Shown: piece after piece, positions 37,248 to 44,435 of the stretch
How the letters are laid out: every line of letters starts with the position of its first letter
Position numbering within the stretch: the stretch's first letter is position 1
Source of the DNA: Octopus sinensis
Taxonomy: Eukaryota
Reading direction: 5' to 3'
Assembly: GCF_006345805.1 (NCBI RefSeq)
Contig: NW_021834893.1
Coordinates: 1-44,435 of the forward strand
DNA length: 44,435 nt
Notes under the pieces: generated by a model
What the model was told of the DNA's origin: nothing
The model's database searches: none
Seen by the model: only the letters and a program-made list of their open reading frames with translations
Translations under genes and position numbers: made by a program

Positions 37248-37720
37248 TATATAGAATAAGACTTTATATATAAAGAACGTGAAATTCACGAATTGACGAA
37301 CACGGAAAACAGACAGTCATTCAGAGCCTTCATTCTTCAGTCAGAAACCGATTCATCATGGCAAATTTCGGCTGTTTAATTCTGAGATTTGCTCCAAAAC
37401 GGCCAGCCCCAAGGAAAAGCTAAGCTATGGGCATTAGATTTCCTTGGTAGAAGGAAAGAATGTGACAACAGAGACGAATAGGAAAACAAGAGACGAAGAT
37501 AAAATTGGAAACAGTAACGAATAAAAACAGGAATGGCACGGGGCGTCTTACGACTTTGAGACAAAATGGGACAAAAACAATTGATCAGCAAGCGTGGGAA
37601 GCGATTACCTTTTCGGTAGAGATGACACGTGTAGTACAGGCGGCTGTCACCAATGGAATGGCTTAGTAGCAGCAGGTTGCAAGAAGGTGAGATATATATA
37701 TATAATATATATATATATAT

Positions 37721-37784
<64 letters not shown>

Positions 37785-37819
37785 GAATGGAGTTGAACGA
37801 CTAGTTAACAAATATCCTT

Positions 37820-37904
37820 TATTCTCGACATATGTTTCGAAGGCTGCATATTCCTAATCCGAAGGAATAAGGAGTACATCATGCAGATTTCTCATCAGGA
37901 AATA
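37820..37904 (-). ncRNA. Type I hammerhead-ribozyme-like motif (best canonical candidate)
   Basis: Minus strand: tatttc-CTGATGA-g aa..ctgcat..attcct..aggaat atgcag..tt c-GAAA-catatg-TC-gagaata. G10.1-C11.1 pair, palindromic stem III ACATATGT, triplet GUC. Confidence 0.7.
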
Positions 37905-37928
37905 TATATATATATATATATATATATA

Positions 37929-38215
37929 CTAGTTGTTTCAGTCATTTGACTGCGGCCATGCTGGAGCACCCCCTTTTGTCGAGGAAGTCGACCCCATGAT
38001 TTATTCTTTGTAAGCCTATTCTATCGGTCTCTTTTGGTGAACTAGCATTGGTTGTCAAGTGAAGTTGGGAGGACAAACACAGACACACAAACATATACAC
38101 ACACATACATATATACATATATATACATATATACGATGGACTTCTTTCAGTTTCCGTCTACCAAATCCACTGACAAGGCTTTGGTCGGCCCGAGGCTATA
38201 GTAGAAGATACTTGC

Positions 38216-38219
<4 letters not shown>
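37929..38219 (-). mobile_element. SINE family A, 5'-truncated
   Basis: gtttcagtcatttgactgcggccatgctggagcacc...cttctttcagtttccgtctaccaaatccac...gaggctatagtagaagatacttgccc. Confidence 0.85.
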
Positions 38220-38284
<65 letters not shown>

Positions 38285-41200
38285 CGTGTGAGGGACATAT
38301 TCATCAAACTGGTTACTGTAGATCAAGTATAGTCAATGACGTTATACATGACTTGATCTGCCCTACAGAAAATTTGATTAACTCTTATCATCGGATGTGT
38401 TTGGGAAGCAAGCTTCTTACCAAACAGCCATGCCCATACATTTGCATATGCACATATACATAAGTATATAACAGGTATTCATACACACGCATAAAAACTC
38501 ACTCGCAGAAACATTCACGTATATTCTTATCAGTCACACATACACATTCGTACCACCCATACACACACATACACAAACGCACACAAATATGTATATATAT
38601 ATAGACACACTATCTTATGTGCTCTATTTTATAAAACCGTATTGTTGGTTCAAGTAACATAATTTAACTGTCATTTCTAGCAGGAGTAACCACCAAGAGA
38701 CCCCTTCATTGACGTATGTTTCTGCATTTCATACAAATAAGGTCGTGTGAAAGACTGGATAAGTGATGACTACTTTTTTTTAATATTAACTGAATACCCA
38801 CATTTCGTACACTATAACTATTATGTCTTCGATCTCCTTTTAATCAAATTTGCTGTAAAAAAGTACTTTAAACGGGTGATACTCGCTGCGCTCTTAGAAG
38901 TCAGTGCATTTATCTAGTTTTTAAGCGTCTCTTTAATAAAATTCAAACCTTTCTTTAAACCTAGAAAATGGTGTAGATATTTTCATATGCAACATCATAT
39001 GATTTCATCGCCCTCCATTTAATGATTTTATAAAGCAATCAGCATTGTATATGATGTCTTGGGAAGGTACGGTTACATTAGTTCCGATAGAAAGAGGCTT
39101 TGTTATGATGAATTATAACTACCTAAAACTATGTTTCACTGAGGAGGTATAATAAGATCTCAACAGGCATAGGTCTAACACAGTGGTTTAGCGAAAATAT
39201 AAGAAAATATTGGGGTTTTATTAGATACCTAGCAGCAGCTATCCTATAGTTTTATGATTTCAGTCCACATGACCACTTGTAGCCGATAGCCAAAACAAAT
39301 AAAACCAGCTACAGGAACACGTTGTCTAAATTCACAACTTGGAAAGTGAGGTTTGGTAGATTCACACATGTCATAGATTAAATGACAACGACAAGGCGTT
39401 CGAAAAGGGTTGGACAGTTAGACATGCGGCAAATGTTACGTGAGAATGCCTACGGCGCTAAACACTTTATTACGTTGCAATAAAACTAAAACCGATATAG
39501 CAATGCTGATACCATTGTTTATTAGGTCATTCATGATGGAATAGCTCTATGTTCATAGAAGTTCCTGCTGTGGTTATCTCTGTCATTACATAACGTAGAG
39601 CGTACAGGATTTTCATTATCCAATTAGATTCTTATATTAAAGCATTAGGGTGTGCTTTGAAGGATACGCAACAGTTATTTTTAGTAGATTTTGTAACCAG
39701 ATAGTGTTACTCATTTCTTTGTGCAGGAGGAGCTTCATCTTGGTCTTGAACTGAAATGATTTGGCTTCTCAGTAAAACGGTATCCGCAAGTAAACACGAG
39801 CAAGAAAAGACACACGGAAAGATATAAATGCAGATATATATGTGTGTACGTGTGGGTACCAGCAGATAGATATCATCTCTCTATTTTTCTATCTATCTAT
39901 ATATATATATCTCCCACTCTCTCTCTCTTTCCTTCGCCCTCTCTCTTTCTATATATATACATACATACATATGTTTGTGTGTCTGTGTATTTAGGTATTT
40001 AGGTATGTATACGTTCGGAGCTAATGATCCATTTCGTCGTTACTCAGAGTGCTTTGCTATGTGTGAGCCTCAAGGCGACAAAAGGATGAGTTGTTTATAT
40101 GGAGAAATTCCATTCAGCTGCTGAAGATCCACTTCTAGTATGTTTTGGTGTGTATGCTTGCATCTGTGCGCGTGTGTGTTCGTGTGTAAATAACTCAAAA
40201 TATATATGTAGTATTATACATATATAGAGAGAAAAGAGAGACAGAGAAAGAGAGAAAATGAAACGCAAATGCAGAGAGAGAGAGAGGAGAGAGAGAGAGC
40301 GACAGAGAAAGAGAAATAAGGAGGGACTGAGAGACAGAGAAAGATATGCCAATAGGGTACAGTTCAGGCATGTCTTTAAGTGCAGTAAATTCTTGGTAAA
40401 TATTTAATTCAAATGTATTTCAATAAAGCCTAATTGTATTAAAGCCTATTGAAAATTACCTTCTTGTGTTCTTCAGGTTAGCAATTTTTTCTATATACTT
40501 GCGTATACATGTGTATACACGTATTTTCCAATGTATACGTATGTATTCCTGTACTTCAGGCATCTGTAAGGCTATGAATGACTGATGTGGTTCACTGTAT
40601 GTATGTGTTTACGTGCTCTGTTTGAGTCTTATCAATGAATAGTATATGACTAAAGTACCATTACAAAATAGTATTGAGTACACTATAAAGGCTGTAGACT
40701 ACGCCGCCAGGTGGCAATCTTTTGGTATCTGTTCTATTTGTCGATGTTTTAGATGTTTCAGCTTACCAAAAATATTCAAAAAGGCTAGTTCAGTCAAACA
40801 CCGATTCAATCTTTCGCGAGTCACGGACTTGGTTAATCTGCTCTAAATCCATGTGTTACTGTGTAAAATGATCGGTATGTGTACATGGTTGTGTGAAGAA
40901 ATTCAAGCTATGTGTGCTCAACTATGCCTTTTCTGTTTTTCTTCTGTCCCAACCGCCAAGTAAGGACAAGGTATGTAGCTTGTATCTAAGTTATTTGGCT
41001 ACCACTTATACGAGTTGTTACTATTGTTATGTTTTGTCACGACTAGAGTTGATCTCATTTTTTCCCCAATTGTGTTTCCTTAACTTTAGTAAGATTTAGC
41101 ATCCTGTTTAAAGCAAAATCTTTAACGACACAGCTGCTTTCAAATTTGTTAATTATAGGACGCTTCTACTGCAGATAGATTCGATAATGAGATGTGTTTC

Positions 41201-43502
41201 TGGACAGAGAAGGAGACGCTCCGAATCATTACCGTTCTGGTCTGTAGGTCAACATTTATATTATTTGGTGGTGCAGTAGTTGAAATTATTATGTTTTTAG
41301 AGAAGACTTCTTACACCGAGTACGACATGAGCAGATTACAACTAGCTGAGTATTATACTTATATTATTTTTGTATTTGTGTATTTATTCCTTGGCCAGAA
41401 GAAGGGTAGCAGCCATGATATTACTCTGAAAAATCTGTGACTATCGGGAGGGTGCAGGAAGAAATATTCTTTGGGTGGAGGACCGGCCAGAATTCTTGCA
41501 ATAGAATGAATGCACATCACTACAGGGACCTCTTTGGCAAGACAACTCGTTAGCAGATTCGTCAGAGCTAGGAGACACACACAATAGATATGTTTATCTG
41601 CTGGCTCTGGATTTCTACATATTTTGTTAATTAGGACTGAAGTTGAGAAGAAAATATTAAGTAGACCTGTTTTGTTATAAAAATACCATTTTTTGCCCTT
41701 TATATTGCTTTGGATTTCAAGATCTGAAAGATTTGTATCGTATCCTTCTTAATTACTATACCACAAGCAGTATACTCTATCTCAGAAGAATCTGTTTGGT
41801 TCTGTTATCTGTCCATTATTAATTCAAAAAATAAGAAAAATTATATAATGTTCTATATTTCATATTTTAACTTCAAATAATATTTTAAAACACCATTTTA
41901 ATATTCTTTTTGTAGGTCGTTCATTTTATCTTACATTTTTTCGTTTTAGTGAGAAGGGAAATCAACACCTTGATCTTTCACATATCTCCAGAAAAATAGT
42001 GGGAGGGAGAGAGGAAGGTATCCTAAAACCGAAATCTTGGGCCAAGAAGAATGAACTCTGCTAATGGCACCCGACCTACCAGTTGTAGTTAATTGGAGTG
42101 ACGAATTAAGTCTATCACCCTCAGTAGGCATTGGTAGAATTTGAACTCACGATGCATTGTAGCGGAACGGATACTGCAAAACATTATGTACGAGATGATT
42201 ACAGTTCCACTAATCCATCATCTGAAAGGATAGAAGACAATTTTGTCCTCAGCAGGATTCAACTTCAAACCGCAGAGTGTCAGAATGAAAATAATAAAAA
42301 GCGAAAACAAACTACTACACCAGTGATTTTGTCCAACACTCTAACGACCCTTGCCAAATCGTCAGTTTTTACTGGTAGATTATTAAGATAGCTATGTGAA
42401 CAGAAATGACAATACAAAACACATCGGGGTAAATTTACTTTTAAAATGTCAGCATTGGGTGATAAATGAAATGATAATGTTTTAACCCCACTGTTAGAGC
42501 AGCAAGTATCACATTTTCCAGGGCTTGTACCGATTCGCTGCTCTCTGAATACAAATTCTATCGAGGCCTACAGGACATGTAAACACTTCCGAATCGATAA
42601 ATTATCAGCTAAAGCAGGGGTCAATTTCTTTCTATCTTACTCTCTCTTTCTCTCTCAGTCTCTATCTCCCTCTCTCTCTCTTTCGGAATCTATTACATGA
42701 TAGAGACAAGGAAAAAGTGTTTATATTGCAAACATACGCCATCTTTTCACAAGAAATAATTTACAGATAGCGGTTTTAAACTGGGTGACAGACGGTGTCT
42801 CCCATTGAGTCTATCACATCTCACACCTCAAACCTTTGGTGGATCTAAGGCGATTTTAATATAATTTACTGTCGAATGTACGGTGCAGTGGCTGGAAGCA
42901 TGCAACTGAGATAGAAACTTGTTAACTACACAACCTCCACCATAATTGTTAATCGTACAGCACACACATATGAAATAATACCGGTATTATTGTCTTAATG
43001 TACAATGAGAGAATATGAACCATTAACATTCTGGTTTTTAGTTCAACATTCCAACTCGCGGCCTTTTAATAATAAACTAAAGCTCTATAACCATGTGTAG
43101 TGTTTTGGCTGCAATTATGAAGTTACACTTCGAACAAATTTCCTCGAGAGATTTCATTGAACTTACAATAGATTTTTTTGTCACATTATACATTGTCTGG
43201 CTTCACATATAATTACATATACACTACGTATAACAATTCTAAATATTCAGTATGTTGGGTCTGAATTATAACTGTCAAGTCACAACTTATTCTCCCGCTT
43301 TGTTCTGACTAACACATTTATAATCTATTAAGTGTGAACATTTTGTTACTTAAAAGTTTAACTTTACAAACTCAATGATTCATTCTATGCTGTATAATGA
43401 TGACAGAATATAATCAATTTTTAATTGTAAATGATGATATATGTATAATATAATAATAATAATTTATTTATAGATAATAACGAGTGTTTCAGATTTTGTC
43501 AC

Positions 43503-43615
43503 TTTGCTAGGAATTGTGGAGGGTGGGGTGAGTTCATACCATCGATCCATGTACTTAACAGGCACTTTATTTTATCAACCCGAAAGGATGAAAGGCAAAG
43601 TTGTCCCTGTAGCTG
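43503..43615 (-). mobile_element. SINE family B 3' fragment
   Basis: ttattttatcaacccgaaaggatgaaaggcaaagttg. Confidence 0.6.
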
Positions 43616-43624
43616 AGTATCAGT

Positions 43625-43785
43625 ACATGCATGTATGTGTGTATTTAGGTTTATGCATGCATGTTTGTATATATGTATGTATGCATGTATGTATGTATGT
43701 ATGTATGTATGTATGCATGTATGTATGTATGTATGTATGTATGTATGTATGTATGTACGTATGTACGTTTGTTTATATGTATGTA
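43625..43785. repeat. (TATG)n microsatellite
   Basis: Directly visible. Confidence 0.9.
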
Positions 43786-44214
43786 GGCGCAGGAGTGGCT
43801 GTGTATTAACTAGCTGTGTATTAACCAGCCACATGGTTCCGGGTTCAGTCCCACTGCGTGGCACATTGGACAAGTGCCTTCTACTATAGCGTCGTGTCGA
43901 CCAAAGCCTTGTGAGTGGATTTCGTAGACGGAAACTGAAAGAAGCCCGTCGTATATATATATATATACATATATATATGTATTTGTGTGTATATGCTTGT
44001 GTGTCTGTATTTGTTCCCCCAACATCACTTGGCAACCAATGCTGGTGTGTTTACGTCCCCGTAGCTTAGCGGTTCAGCAAAAGAAAGCGATAGAATAAGT
44101 ACTAAGCTTACAAAGAATAAGTCCTCGGGTCGATTTGGTCGACTAAAGGCGGTGCACCAGTATGGCCGCTGTCAAATGACTGAAACAAGTAAAAGAGTAA
44201 AAAAGTAAAAGAGT
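43786..44214 (+). mobile_element. Full-length SINE family A (tRNA head, internal TA/TG microsatellite, LINE-like tail)
   Basis: ggcgcaggagtggctgtg (A-box region, with a 13-bp duplication), ggttcagtccc (B box), internal (TA)n, and tail ggcggtgcaccagtatggccgctgtcaaatgactgaaac(aagtaaaag)n. Confidence 0.9.
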
Positions 44215-44435
44215 ATTCAGTAATATTTTAGACTGAGACATGTATTTATGTTGTTGTTACATAATACATAAGTGTGAGTCCCACAAAAAGCGCTTCGTTT
44301 CCCCAGGGGGCTTCTTCTATGGCTCAAACTCTAATACCACAGAAGAATTTTTTTTCGTTTCGTCGTTAAAGTGAGATTAACAATTAGAGAAGACTATAAA
44401 AGCAAAATGTTGAAATAGTCAATATCACCTTCTGG

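Noticed and set aside
41291-41340. MFLEKTSY as a candidate HS3ST exon 2 (cf. ITMEKTPSYF)
   Set aside because: No flanking similarity (no MP..GQIT, no RDP..RAISDY), and the nearby AG gives the wrong reading after a phase-2 intron.
41240-41555. Faint Tc1-transposase-like words (FGGAVV; MNAHHYRDLF)
   Set aside because: Too short and scattered across frames to support without a profile search.

Overview
AT-rich, microsatellite-saturated animal genomic DNA. The SINE and microsatellite landscape suggests an octopus (coleoid cephalopod); this is an inference from recalled repeat patterns, not a database match. The only convincing host coding sequence is the first coding exon (5902-7595, +) of a heparan sulfate glucosamine 3-O-sulfotransferase of the HS3ST2/3/4/6-Hs3st-B type. 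It has an N-terminal hydrophobic anchor, an unusually long (~490 aa) stem with a His/Arg patch and a (TCT)n-encoded 33-Ser run, and the start of the catalytic domain, cut by a phase-2 GT intron. No downstream exon is recognisable, so the remaining ~36.8 kb is read as intron 1. The intron holds at least three tRNA-derived SINE families, CR1-group LINE 3' fragments, long microsatellites and several fold-back inverted repeats. Most interesting: six to seven type-I hammerhead-ribozyme-like motifs (CUGANGA...GAAA...UH with pairable stems, several with palindromic minimal stem III) in short, probably Penelope-derived fragments. Near-intact copies are mostly antisense to the host gene; sense copies are mutated or buried in fold-backs. 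A LINE fragment also shares its 3' stem-loop with the commonest SINE. All alignments and folds were done by eye, and repeat boundaries are approximate.
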